Assembly: GCF_006345805.1 (NCBI RefSeq)
Contig: NC_043000.1
Location: forward strand, 88,660,001-88,724,000
Origin: Octopus sinensis
Taxonomy: Eukaryota
Direction of reading: 5' to 3'
DNA length: 64,000 nucleotides
Part shown: positions 41,815 through 55,112 of the stretch, piece after piece
Position numbering within the stretch: the stretch's first letter is position 1
Layout of the letters: every line of letters starts with the position of its first letter
Position numbers and translations under genes: made by a program
The notes under the pieces: model-generated
Seen by the model: only the letters and a program-made list of their open reading frames with translations
The model's database searches: none
What the model was told of the DNA's origin: nothing

Positions 41815-42330
41815 CTGAACAGAAAAGGGGGAAAAAAAGAAACGTTTGGACGTGAAAATGGAAAAACCAACGTATTAATTGACTCATATATATATATAAT
41901 ATAATATATATATAATATATATATATATATAAATTCCTGAACAGAAAAGGAGAAAAAAAAGAAACGTTTGGACGTGGAAAATGGAAAAACCAACGTATTA
42001 ATAAGACACTCGGACAAGGAAAAGAGTAGGTCTTCTTTGGAAACAGGAAGAAACTGGAAAGTCCATGACGAAAGAGGACAAAGTCGCCAACCATCACATG
42101 CAGTTCCATTTTTGAAGTAAGTGAAGAATGAAAGTTAGACATGGTGAGAAGGCCTGCGTGTAGATATAGGTGTGAGTGATGGCGAGGAGTAGGTAAAAGG
42201 AAGAAAACTTGAAGACCTTAAGTAAAATCAAAGGAAGAGAAGTGAAGGGGAACAGTAACGGAAAATTATAATGATTCACAATCAAAGATACAGAAATGGC
42301 GTACTCCGAATGAATATAGTGATGTAATCC
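41810..42330. mobile_element. (TA)n-embedded repeat with partial tandem duplication of its end
   Basis: attcctgaacagaaaagg...ccaacgtattaat at 41811-41879 and 41933-42002; the second copy continues in purine-rich sequence. Confidence 0.55.
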
Positions 42331-42343
42331 ATATATACATATA

Positions 42344-42379
<36 letters not shown>

Positions 42380-42938
42380 TGTATGTATGTACGTAAGTAT
42401 TTATGTATGCATGTATGTATATATGTATGTATATATGTATGTATATATGTATGTATGTATATATGTATGTGTATATGTATGTATGTATGTATATATGTGT
42501 TTATATATATATATATATATCTGAAATACAATGGAACTGTTTCAACAACAAGCTCGAGTAATATAAAAGAACATAACGATTTCCATACTTGTATTAGGCT
42601 TCCAATGTCAACAGCTGTTATTGATCTACGTGTTGTACCTTCAAAATTATATATTCTGTCAATGTAAACAGCAGATACCATTTACACAAACACACAGGCA
42701 TACACCCACAAACGTGCGCACACATATCTATAAAATGAATATTGATATTTACATGTGTATTCGCTTGTATATGTATGTATATTCTAGGATCATAATCGTA
42801 TATATACATATCACAGAGCTCTACATATATCTATTTATATATTATATACATATACATATTGAGAGAGACAGAGAGAAAGAGACAGACAGGCAGACATATA
42901 GCTAAATATATACATACATACATATATATATATATATG

Positions 42939-42989
<51 letters not shown>

Positions 42990-43719
42990 GATAAATCTGT
43001 TTACTTAAATATAGATTGATCTCGCAATGTGTTTTTCTCTTTAACATTGTGCAATATTAATGTTACATTGAATATTAACTAAATATGAACCACAAAATAA
43101 TATGGCCTTCTAGAAAGTGTTTATGAACAATATGAAAATCACAAATCAGACAAAACACGATATCCATATTGACACGCCATAGTGGGAAGGTGCCGTTAAC
43201 TTCACATTCGTTACGTTTTACAGGAAAAGCGAAATCTTGCTAGAATGATATTAAAATTAAATTGATTTTTATATTTCTTTCGTAACTCATTTATGGATTT
43301 TACAATAGCTCTCATATTTTTCCCTGATTAAATTTATTAATCTATTATTTCCCCGCAGTGATCGTGAATATTCATAACTACACAAGTATTCCATTGAATA
43401 TTTGGAAACCTATTAGTATATATTATTAAACAATGAAATCTTTTCATTCAATTTACTATGGTTCACAGTGATTATATCTTTGAAAATTCTAATCGGTTAA
43501 AAGGAATATACATATGTAAAATAGTTGAAATTTTCTGTGCAACTTTTAGGCCGGAAAATAAAGGAAAGATTAATTTGTTGTCTAATTATGAGTTTTATTT
43601 GAAGTAATTTAATTGTTAATGTGTATGCATTAACACATTATATATATTACTATTTGTATGGGTGGAACCTCATGCTCCCTGGCATTGGCTTCTAAGATAT
43701 TTCACTTTAACACACACAC

Positions 43720-43790
<71 letters not shown>

Positions 43791-44002
43791 CATACATAGA
43801 TATATTGTGGATGTTATGCAAATGTGTCGTACGTTCAAAATGGTTTGCTCTTTCGGAAAACGAAAATATAGTTTCTCCATTCCATTGCAAAACCTTTGTA
43901 CTACACTTTAACATTTTAGATATGTTGGCATCTCAAGCAGTTGCAAGGAAGGATAGGAGAATATTAGATTTATAAGCCCTAAAATTCACTGCGAACTACT
44001 AT

Positions 44003-44162
44003 TCCGAGTTCGATTCTAGACAGTGACCCGAATAATAATAATAACATCGAAAAATACCTTAGGAATTTCCCGAAGACACCTGATGATGGCTAGATGGTAT
44101 ATCAGCCGAAACGTTGTGTTAACAACAAACAAGATGAGGACAAATATCCGTCAAATGTAATA
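44003..44162 (+). mobile_element. Second copy of the tRNA-head/hammerhead element (HHR 44075-44120)
   Basis: B-box gagttcgattc, (TAA)n, GACAC-CUGAUGA-U-GGCU..AGCC-GAAA-CG-UU-GUGUU, same tail as 39460-39500. Confidence 0.8.
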
Positions 44163-44164
44163 AC

Positions 44165-44452
44165 TGCGGTCACCGTAACCGACCAGGCTATCAGATGTTT
44201 CTACACATCAATGGTCACAATGCACTTCGCATTATTTTATCCTTCAAATGACGCCACCCCACTGGCTAAGCGAGCAGGCCAACAGAAGAGTGAGAGAAAG
44301 TTGTTGCGAAAGAGTAAAGCAGGCATCGCCACGACTCCCTGCCGGAACCTCGTGGAGCTGTAGGTGTTTTCGTTCAATTAAACACTGGGAATCGAAACCA
44401 CGATCCTACAACCGCGAGTCCGCTGCCCTAACTACTGGGCCATTGCGCCTCC
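44165..44452 (-). mobile_element. tRNA-derived SINE family C
   Basis: Minus head ggaggcgcaatggcccagtagttagggcagcggactcgcggttgtaggatcgtggtttcgattccc. Confidence 0.85.
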
Positions 44453-46727
44453 ACACAATATCCATAATATATATATATATGTGTCTGTGTGTGTAATACA
44501 TATATACATACACACAAAATTATTTATATACATAATTATTGAATGTTGCTTTAATATTTTGTCAAAGAAAAACTTTGCCAAGAAACTTGTGCATATACAA
44601 ATGCAGGGGCTCACTGAGAAAGCTGGTGGGTTGCCACTGACGGTATTTCTACCTGATTTGTTCTAAGCTGAAAATGTTTATTCCGATTATAGAAATCGCT
44701 AAACAAAACACTTATCAATTTGAGCGAAAGCTGGCCAGGCTGGAATTAAATCAATATACTCATTTAAAAATACCGTGTATACCATTATAATTTCTTTATT
44801 TATTTATCAATCTTCAGGTACTATTTTATATAACTTTTATAAATAACGTTAAATTTGATTTAATTGAGTTCATACTTTCGACAGACATACAAATAACTAT
44901 CGAATGTTCCTTAAAAGTAATTATATTAAATATCCTATAATAATAATTGACGTCCCGTGATGGCTTCGCGTACTTCGCCTAATGTCTAAAATGCAAATAA
45001 CCTGCAAACCATCACTTATATTTAGTGTTGCGCCAAAATATTTGGTTTAGTTTTCCTGTTTTCTTGTATAGTTAATGTAATAAAAATAAGAACGAATCTT
45101 ACGCCTCCACTTTTCTATAAAGCAACACTGATAGTTCGAACAACAGTTTTCTTACTAAAATATGTGATCTTATGCAAGTACAGATATCCTAGAAGTCTAT
45201 ATAAAACAGCTTTTCATACTCCCTCTAAACAAGCAAAATATAAACTCTAACTTTTAGATAACTTACAGACATATTGCCAAAGCAAATCTCATTCTGAACG
45301 TAAGATATATAGAATGATAATTGTTATCGATATGTCACTGTAAGATATTTAAAAAATATATGAATCAGCTGAACGCTTCATCAATTATGACATTGCAATC
45401 TGATAGGCGAAGGCCTTAGAGTGACATTCTTGTGGATAACCCAATTTTGGTTTCAGTCTTTTGTAAATTCAGGTTTTAAATTTTTGCATTATATTCAAAT
45501 AAAAGGAATATCTGACTACAGCAAAATTCCTGAAACTTTATTATATTTTGCAGCACAACTAATTTGGTTCGCTTTTGAACGTGTAATAGGAATTACGCTT
45601 TTCAGTGGAAATTTATTTTATTATTCCACAAAGCGAACTGGATTTTAAAATAGTACATAACTTCTGCTCAAATGAAATATTTAAATTTCAGTATATTTGT
45701 CATTGTAGCTAACCGATTATTCATGCAACATGCGATGTTACGTATTAATTATTTCTGTTTTGTTGTTATTGAGGCCGAAGTCAATCATTACTGAGAAACT
45801 TGATGTTTAATATTTTCCAGTCGTAACATCTCATCTTTTTTGCAAATAGTATAATATAAAGGATATTTGACTGCCATTTCTATCCGGCCACATAAAGATT
45901 TCCTCGGATATGATACACGTTCAACGCATTGGATGTATTAAGTCTCTGCAATTGAGGGAGTTAGTATCCAATTATATGTTACTTATAAAATGAGAAAATC
46001 GCTAATCCACCGAACATGCTAATCCAACGAATATGCCTAGGCCAGTTAGATTATAAGGTCATAATTGATAAAAAATCCAGGAAATTCGGGCGTTTCCATT
46101 GAAAAATTCCAAGAGAGTATTTAAGATGTAATGAAAAAAATCATTTTAGTTAAAACAAGAAAAAATGGTTTAATACCTATTTGAAAAAATAATTTGATAC
46201 CAATCTGAAAATTAAACTTTAAACATCGATCGATACAAAATGAAAACAAACTGAAACTATGAATGAGAGAAAAAATAATGAAACAAGTTAAAACTAAACA
46301 TTAGAACTGTATCAGCAATTAATGATTTTTTTTAACAATTGAAATTAATCAATTGGTGTTTTCCTTGCAAACGGCTCACAACATAATTACCTGTAGCACT
46401 GTTGTTTTTGAGATATCTAATTATTTACAGTTTTTTAAATGTTTGACGTTTAATTATTTTCATGGTTTGGCCATATATTTGGGTTTGATCATCTGTGAAA
46501 TTATCCTTTAAAGCTAATGATATTTTATCTCTAGGATTAATTGTATCGTTTGCGCTAAGATTACTAATTTTTTTTTAATTCCCAAAACAGCTACTAATTT
46601 GATATGAGCACAAGTTTGTAATACATCGCATCACGTGTACTATCAAGCTTATATCTCAAATTTGCTAAGTGAGATATTAACTTTCCGATGTTATTATAAA
46701 TTTCTCTCTCTCTCGCTCTCTCTCTCT

Positions 46728-46775
<48 letters not shown>

Positions 46776-46799
46776 GTATATACGCTAGTTCTAAAATCT

Positions 46800-48165
46800 A
46801 AGAGATCAACGCAGTAGATGTACTGACAAGTAATATTCGTGGCCACTTTAACATGACTGTCCGTGCGAGGGTGGTATGGGGATGTGGAGGCAGGGTGTGA
46901 GGGTGGGGATGTAGGGTACGAAGAGAGGAAGCAGGTGTCAGAAGGAGAGAGGAGAGGAGGGGAGTCAGCGGAAGAGAGGAGGGATTTGAGCCATGTGGGG
47001 CAAAGGAGCGAAAAGAGAAGATTAATTTCTGTTCACGGAGAAAGCGGGAATTGGGATGTCCCCTGTGCAAATACAATCTGAACATAGACAGGTGTTGTAG
47101 TCAATGACTAGTAGAACGGAAATGGCGCGAGACCGGGGTGTTATTGCCGAGTTTGATGTCTCGAACCAAGTGGCGTCCCGTTTCAGCGATGTACAGAGAA
47201 GTGCAGAAAGAGTAGGGGATGTAGTAAATGACGTTCCTAGAAGTGCAGGTAAAGGAGTCGGTGATATAATAGGGACGATGATGGGTGTCTGTGAGGATGG
47301 TGGTGTTGGGGAGGTGGGGCAATTACGGCAGCGTGGGCAAGAGGAGGGGAACGAGCCAGGTTCAGAGGTGAGTTTAGGGAAGAAACTGTGGATCAGGAGG
47401 TTACGCAGGTTATGGGCTCGGTTGAAGGGGAGAAGGGATAGATTAGCAAAGATGTGCGAGGTGGAGGAGTCCGATTGGAGTCGCCAGGAGGGGCAAGGTG
47501 GAGGGGTGATTGGTGAGAGGAAACGGGAGACGGGAAATGAGAGGGCGGCTGCGGGAGAGAGAGCAAAGGTACGGTCCACGGAACGTGTTGTAGCAAGGCC
47601 TGTGTGGAGATTGGTAAGGGGATATCCACGAAGGTTGAAGTGGCGAGCTATGAGTTGCGACTATCTCAAAGCCATGGTTGTTACTGCAGAGCGTGCGCAG
47701 ACGGAGATAGTGAGAGCTGAGTGGTTCATGTTGACAGAAATGTCGAGAAATGCGACGAAAATGTTGGAAATAGTGCAGGAGAATTCGAGGGCAGAAAAGA
47801 AGGATTGGACAAAAGTGATGAAGGAATCTACTTGTTCGCGAGAGAGTGATGTCACACCAATACATTCATCAGTATAACGAACGTATAGTTCGGGAGTGGT
47901 AGCATGAATCGTTAGAATATTTAGTCGTCAACGTAGCCAAGAAACAGGTTCGCACATTTGGGGCCCATTCTCGTTCCCATGGTAACTCCAGAATACTGCT
48001 CGTAAAAATCCCCCGCGAACGAAAAGCATTTGAGGGAGAGAACAAGTTCGGCCAGACGAAGAAGTGTGGCGGTGTCAAGTTAGGGGTTGGGTCGAAGGTC
48101 TAGAAAGTGTCTAGAAGTACAAAAAACTCCTTCGCTGTGTGGAATCACCTTATATAGACTCTTGA
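46800..48165 (-). mobile_element. Decayed Penelope-like element (RT C-half + GIY-YIG endonuclease)
   Basis: RYTDECIG (YxDD site), FITFVQSF..LEFS..AFLDISV, RAHNLRNLLIHS, CPRCRNCP, DSFTCTSRNVIYYI...LYIAETGRHL, PVSRHF, REQKLIFS; frameshifted; (TA)n nearby on both sides. Confidence 0.9.
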
Positions 48166-48166
48166 T

Positions 48167-48200
<34 letters not shown>

Positions 48201-48203
<3 letters not shown>

Positions 48204-48997
48204 CATAAATAAGGGCAAACGAAAAATTTCTAATGCCAAATATGCCGAAAAATTGGACATATTGTCCATTAACCATATAATATTTTCACAATATGCACGC
48301 TACCTGTAAAAATGTCGACGGAAATTTCTAAAAAATTCCATTATTACCAAATCGGACCGATTTCAGGGTTAGCTCATAAGAGCCCTCCCTTCGTCAGTGA
48401 TAAATGTGGTAAAAGAAATAAATGAGATACTTACTCATACTCATGAAGAAGCAAACACGAAGTCATGAGCACAATTTAGTACCTCAAATACATCCAAAAT
48501 AGAAATACTCCAGCCCATTCAAGACACGTGCGATTTGAACTGAGAGAGTCCGGATAATGTAGGATTAAATTGTTTTCTTTTTCGAAAAAAAATTTATCAA
48601 TGGCCAGTATTTTATCAATGGCCAATCATACATTATTTTGGAAGTATTTGGGGTACTTAATTGTGCTCATGACTTAGTGTTTACTTCTTCCATGGGTATG
48701 AGTAAGTATCTCATTTATTTCTTTTACCACATTCATCACTGACGAAGGGAGGGCTCTTATGAGCTAACCCTGAAATCGGTCCAATATGCTAATAATTTTT
48801 CAAGTAGCGTGCATATTGTGAAAAAAGTATATGGTTAATGGACAATATGTCCAATTTTTCGGCATATTTGGCATTAGATGTTTTTTCGTTTGCCATTATT
48901 ATTGAATTAGAAAAATTTAGGCTTTAAAGGTATTTTTTAATATGCTGGCCATTGATAAAATTTTTTTCGAAAAAGAAAAGAAAAAAATTATCCTACA

Positions 48998-48998
<1 letters not shown>
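48201..48998. mobile_element. Foldback element with two inverted hammerhead motifs (minus 48351-48401; plus 48735-48785)
   Basis: 48201-48500 is the reverse complement of ~48634-48908; 48557-48610 of ~48940-48997. HHR AUCA-CUGACGA-AGGG..GCUC UUAU GAGC..CCCU-GAAA-UCGG-UC. (TA)n on both sides. Confidence 0.85.
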
Positions 48999-49039
<41 letters not shown>

Positions 49040-49042
<3 letters not shown>

Positions 49043-49234
49043 GGTCCCGGGTTGATCCGGGGTTAACCACAGTAAGTAAGGTACTCAATACATAGCAGAG
49101 TAAAATTAATTTATTATATAGAAGGAGCTTCTACAGGACTAGTACTGTTTCATTCAAGAGAAATCTTCAGGAAGCTTCCTGAAGATTTCTCTTGAATGAA
49201 ACAGTACTAGTCCTGTAGAAGCTCCTTCTATATA

Positions 49235-49240
<6 letters not shown>
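49040..49240. mobile_element. (TA)n-embedded element ending in a 132-bp perfect spacerless palindrome (49109-49240)
   Basis: Centre ggaag|cttcc; each arm has ctgaaga-tttctcttgaat-gaaa-cag-ta (HHR-like core lacking stem I). Confidence 0.85.
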
Positions 49241-49277
<37 letters not shown>

Positions 49278-49472
49278 TGAGTGTATTTTTACCTTGTTAA
49301 CAATTAACACGGAAAAAATAAATAAATAGTTACCAGGGTAGCAAAAATCACACAAGTAAAGATGTTGTAACTCCTTGTTTATAAAGGTAGAAACTTCGTG
49401 TTTACGTTGAATATTTTGAATAATATATGAATAAATAAATGGAGTTTAACGCAGGTGTAAGCAAATATTTTT

Positions 49473-49558
49473 ACTTTCGACACATGTTTCGAAAATTCCA
49501 CTGATACTATTCAAAAGAATAAATGGCATAAACAATGCAATCTTATCCTCAGGAAAGT
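49473..49558 (-). ncRNA. Type-I hammerhead ribozyme motif
   Basis: Minus: ACUUUC-CUGAGGA-[u AAGAUU...AAUUUU c]-GAAA-CAUGUG-UC-GAAAGU. Intact core, 6-bp stem I, large loop II. Confidence 0.75.
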
Positions 49559-50263
49559 GAAAAAAGCGAAACTCGCCAATATGACATTTTAGCAAAAAAT
49601 GATGGATTTGTATAGCGATAGACAGAACGCTATTAATATTGTTTAAAAAAACGTTATATGATATAACGTCATAAGTAGCTAACAGAAAGAGTAGGGATAC
49701 CAATAGTGAATGTTAAATATAAAGGAAATTAAAGTTTAAATTATATATAATGATAGAGACTACTTTATAAGTTGAATAAAGAGGCATTTTTCATCAATAA
49801 ATATCACCCCAACTAAATATGAACACACAACTCAATACAGAGCACCACTAACCCTTCAATTTAAACCACTAACCCCTATACACTTCCCACACCACTCACA
49901 TCTCTAAATCCAGAACTACTTACCTCCCTTACAAATAATCTTTTTTTCTCAGGAACTATTAGACCTGACACCGTGTATTAGCCGGTGTTTTCAAAGCGAT
50001 GAATAGAATTTGCCGAAACCATGGTTCGCTTTGTTCTCTTACTTTATTATCATCTTATAATCATCTCATAATAATGACTTTTATGACTTTTATTACTACC
50101 TCAGTCCATCTAAATGTATATATTTATCGTTACCTGTCATAAAAAGCCTTTTTTATTTGCAATGTGCATTTTCGTTGATTTTTCATATTTTACCCTTACA
50201 TTTCCACGTGTATTTTATATTTTCTTTTTGTAACATATTTCTACTATATATATATACATATAG

Positions 50264-50305
<42 letters not shown>

Positions 50306-50306
50306 T

Positions 50307-50352
<46 letters not shown>

Positions 50353-51343
50353 GCAGAAAGACCACCCTCCGGCCGGTTTTCTGCTAGCCCCTTGATAATA
50401 TTTTCTCAATTCTAATAATTTTTAGATTTGACGTTTAATTATTTCTTTGTATAATAGTGCACATTTGCTTAGTAAATATTGCTTTCATTATTTTATCACA
50501 GTCATAATCTCTCTCTTTTAAACAATTACAGAAGGCCAGCAACGGAGAGAGAACCAATTTGTAAAGTTTGACCTTCCTCTCAGAGTAACATAGAGATTAC
50601 AATTCAGCAGCCCATCTGTAAGCTTTGCAGTGTGTGTGCGAAGGAGAGAGAGAGAGAGAGATAGGAGGGGAAGATTACATTGCAAACAATGGATGAAATA
50701 AACATGAAATGAAAATGTCGTGTAAATAAAATGTCGTATAAATTACTACAGATGTATACGCCCGCAAAATGGATGCTTTTTTATAAAACTTTCTGCAAAT
50801 CCCGCTTAGATGTTATGGCTTCAGAGTATATAAGCATTTATGGGAAAGAATTTTTCTGAGGTGTTGGAGAGAAGAGTTTTGGAAAAGTCACACGATCTGA
50901 TTTTTTCCGTCATAAATTTCGGGAAAATGGGTTTATTTTAATGAAAATCTACACAAATACCTTTCAAACGGTATAAATTAAGATTTTAAAGAAATTTGTG
51001 GGGAAAATGTTTCCCCTTCGAAATGATGGGGTTGGCGGGGTATCTTTGTAGGAAAAAATTTTGAAAACTCTTATTTTACAAACCCCCTCCTTCTTCATCA
51101 CCCCGCTCCGGACCTACTTTGGTCAAAGTTTCCTTTTTTTTGCGCTTCTAACCTTGGGAAGAGCATTTTCGGTAAAAAAATTTAATTGTGAATATTTTCA
51201 GAGAGAAAAGGGATTTAAGGGCGATTTGACTGTTGTTTCCAGCACATCCAAAGACAACCTTCATCGTTTCTTTATCACTCCCGCATGTATTGATGTTTAT
51301 TCTGCTAAATATCTTTATAAATTTAAAGAATCATGTTATTGTG

Positions 51344-51439
51344 CGTCGACCCACAATAACGTCGACTCACAATAACGTCGACCCACAATAACGTCGACCC
51401 ACAATAACGTCGACCCACCATAACGTCGACCCACAATAA
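51344..51439. repeat. Minisatellite, 6 x 16 bp (cgtcgacccacaataa)
   Basis: Six contiguous units with two point variants and no spacers. Confidence 0.95.
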
Positions 51440-54395
51440 CAATTGTAGTGAAATGACTGACTTCTTCCTTTTTATACCTTTTAGAACGTTCCAACAAGCT
51501 GAATTATTCGAATACGGTTTTGACCAATCAGCATGCAGCTTGAATCTCACGGTTCGCCGGGCGCACCGATATTACTGGCATAGATCCCGGCTTCATTTCA
51601 ACCTATTAGGTTACGGTTTACATGTAATAGTTTTATGAGTGAGAAAGCTTAGTTGGCTTCGACCTTTTTTATTTTAGTCGGTCGGAGTCTTCTGTAATTT
51701 GTTTATATTCGTATGCTAAAGATGTTTTTTTAATCAACATCATTAATTGGTTGTTATAATATTATTGATATTTTCGTTCAGAATAATAGGCAAAAATAAT
51801 AGAATAGACAAAAAAAAAACTATTCAGAATAATAGACAAAAATAACAGAATAGACAAAAAAGAATCTATTCAGAATAATAGACCAAAAGGAATCTGATTT
51901 TTAGGATCAGGACAGCAAACAGGACAAGAAAAATAACTGTAGATCTACTGATAGGATAGACCCTAAAATTATTAATCTGTCAAAAAGAAATATAGACAGT
52001 GGGGAACATTGATTATTGATGAAAGGACTAAAATTCACACCTACAGACAACAATCCGGAACTGGAGGAAGATATCCAATACTTTTGTCGGAAACTACGAC
52101 TTGTGGAGTTTTTATACTGATACAAAAATGAGAATGATGTACCCTTGGCGAAAAACAAATCAAAATTTAATCCGCCAAAAGGACGAAATACACAACTCGA
52201 TCAGTTCATTGATATCCTCTACAGATTTCCACTGAGTCATAACATTAACGTCAGACCAAACATTTCAAAACTAGAAAAGTCTGCCCCTATACATCTTAAA
52301 ATTGACAACACAATTATCATTAAACAAGCGGATACGGAATATTACTGGGATCTAATTGAAGAAGATCATCTGAAGGATACAACATTCTACTGTGAAATAC
52401 CCTCAAACATTGACCACCGCATCACGAAAAACCCCAATTATTTAGTCTTAAAACATTACTCCCTCATTTCTAATGAAAGGGACTATATTACCAATTGTGA
52501 GTCGAAATTCAGCAACTTCTATATCTTACCTAAAATACAAAACTCAAAAGAAATGCAAAGTAACAAGGCAGTGAATAAATAGAACTACTACAACCAATAT
52601 ACCTTAAACTAAGTCCCATTATAGCTGCTCCAGCCTGTCGTACACATCATCTGAGGAACTTCATTGACATTATCCTAAAACTACTATGTAGTCCCATAAC
52701 CAGTTTCATTCGGGATAACATCGATTTCCTGTCATATCTGCCCAAAACAACAGATTCCAATTCACTGTTAAATTTGATTTAACAATCTTATATACAAATA
52801 TTCGACACGATTTTGAAATTACTGCCATAAAATATTGGGTCGAGAAACATAGAGAAGTGATCCCCAGTAGATTTACTGTAACCTTCATACTAGACGTGGT
52901 CAATGGAAAAAGAAACTACCTCCAAATTCGAGACACAGCTATGGGGACGCTATTTGCTCCAGTTTTATCGAACTCAGTTTTGGGATACTTGGAACAAAAC
53001 CTATATAAAAAATTGAAGAAAGCTATGGCATGGCTTTTAGAAGACATATAGAGGACACATGGAAAAGATACCTGGATGACTGTTTCCTAGTTTCAACCAA
53101 ACCTGGAAGAATTTAGCACCCTCCTCAATAATCTACGACCTAGTCTTAAATTCACAAGAAAAATGAACAACACATAATTAGAATTTCTTGACATAACAGT
53201 AATGAAAAACAACACCACAATCACAACTGGTATCTATTACAAAAGCTTTCATGTACACCAGTTCCTAAATTTCAAATCATGCCACCCAACACACACAAAA
53301 CATCCCGTACTCTCTAGCCAGGAAATGTTGTACTACAGTAGATGATCCAAATATCAGGAACATAAAACATATAGAGCTCAAAAGATTCCTGCTCAAGCAA
53401 AAATACTCTCGTCTACTTATAGAAAATAGCATACAACGAGCAAAAGAGAAACCTATAGAACAACTTAGGGCAACACGAGAAAGACGAATTCATAATCGGA
53501 ACACAATACCATTTCTAGTAACATGCAAACCGCATTATCAAAACTTTTAAAACTTTATCAGAACTAATTTGCCAATCATGAAACAGTGAAAAATTCTAAA
53601 ATTCTAAACTTCATAACTAATCAAACACTTGTCTTAAGCAAAAGGCTACCACATAACCTAAAGAAACTACTAACAAAGACGAAATTCAATATGAGCAAAC
53701 AGGGTAAAACATTCACAGTATCCAAGTGTAATGATAACAGATGCGGAATGTGTCAATACATGTATAATGTTAGATCCATTAGAACAAAAAATGGACAAAT
53801 TTTCACAAACGCAGATATGAACTGCAAAAGCAGAAATTTGATCTACTGCATTAAATGCCCTAATTGCGAGGAACTATATATTACAAAGACAGGGAATGCA
53901 TTATTGCAACGCCCACGAGTCCACAGACAACAAATCCGGAACACTAATGTTCGCTAAATTCCATTGGGAGAACATACAGAAACATGTGGTCAAAAAATGT
54001 TTCTACTTGTTCCTTTCCACAAACTACATGACACAATTGTGGTCGAGAGAAAGATAAATTATTAAAATGCTCAAATCTGTTCTGAACGGAAATAATAGCA
54101 ATAGTATAACAACCAGTTAATGATGTGTATTAAAAAATATCTTTAACATATGAATATAAACAAATTACAAAAAAATTTCCCGATGGAAACTATGCTCACT
54201 CATGAAACCATTACATATGAACCACAAGCTAATTGGTTGAAATAAAGGCAGGATCTTTGCTAGTAATATCGGTGCGCCCGGCGAACCGTGATGTTTAAGC
54301 TGCATGGTGGTTGGTCAAAACCGTATTCAAATAATTCAGCTTCTTGGAGCGTACTAAAAGATATAAAAAGGAAGTCAGTCATTTTGCTACAGTTG
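51440..54395 (+). mobile_element. Near full-length decayed Penelope-like element with ~310-330 bp inverted terminal repeats
   Basis: IINLSKR..LLMKGLKFTPT, NFYILPKI, NLYTNIRH, TAMGTLFAP, WKRYLDDCF, EFLDITV, CNDNRCGMC, NCKSRNLIYCIKCPNC..YITKTG..RVHRQQI. 51440-51773 is the reverse complement of 54090-54395. Confidence 0.92.
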
Positions 54396-55077
54396 ACAAG
54401 AACTCAACTATCAGTTAAATATTTTTTGAAATCTGATGATTATTACGAACGTATGAAAGCGCTAATTGAACTTTATAAACATTACGAAATATTGTTTAAT
54501 GTTTAACACACTTGAACGTTGTAAAAACAATTTCTAATATACAATAATGAAAAATGTTTAAACCAGATCATCTAACTTTATTCAACTGATATATTATTTT
54601 ATACTCATTTACACAAATTCGATATATATGTCTGAACGTATGCATTCACATATATATTTATACATTGTATATGCTTTTAATATAAAAGATCTTATTTTAG
54701 CGATTTAAAATCCATTTTAATGATCATATAATTATTTACACTATTTTTTTTCAATCGTAGGCTAGAATTACCTAACCAGATAATTATCGATTAATTGAAA
54801 TTTACCTGCTAATCAGAGAAACAAAAACAGAAAAATCAATAAGAAATTACGGGTGACTTTCGAAGTACGGCTGACTTAATTTGAAGAAATTCAGAATGAA
54901 TTTCACTTTTCCTGCTCCAAGCGAAATATCTTTGGTAGCAAGCTAGAGACAGCTTCTGACCTATTTTTATCTTATTGAAATTAGTCAACGATGCCCACCT
55001 TCACCAATAGTTGCATATTTGCAAACTGAAATACTGTTACGAAACTAGCCATTATAATTCGCCTAATTTGATATAGG

Positions 55078-55112
<35 letters not shown>

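Noticed and set aside
47104-47877. 257-aa plus-strand ORF (longest in the window)
   Set aside because: Antisense shadow of the minus-strand Penelope RT/GIY-YIG remnant
51344-51439. CRISPR-like array
   Set aside because: No spacers, eukaryotic context, no cas genes
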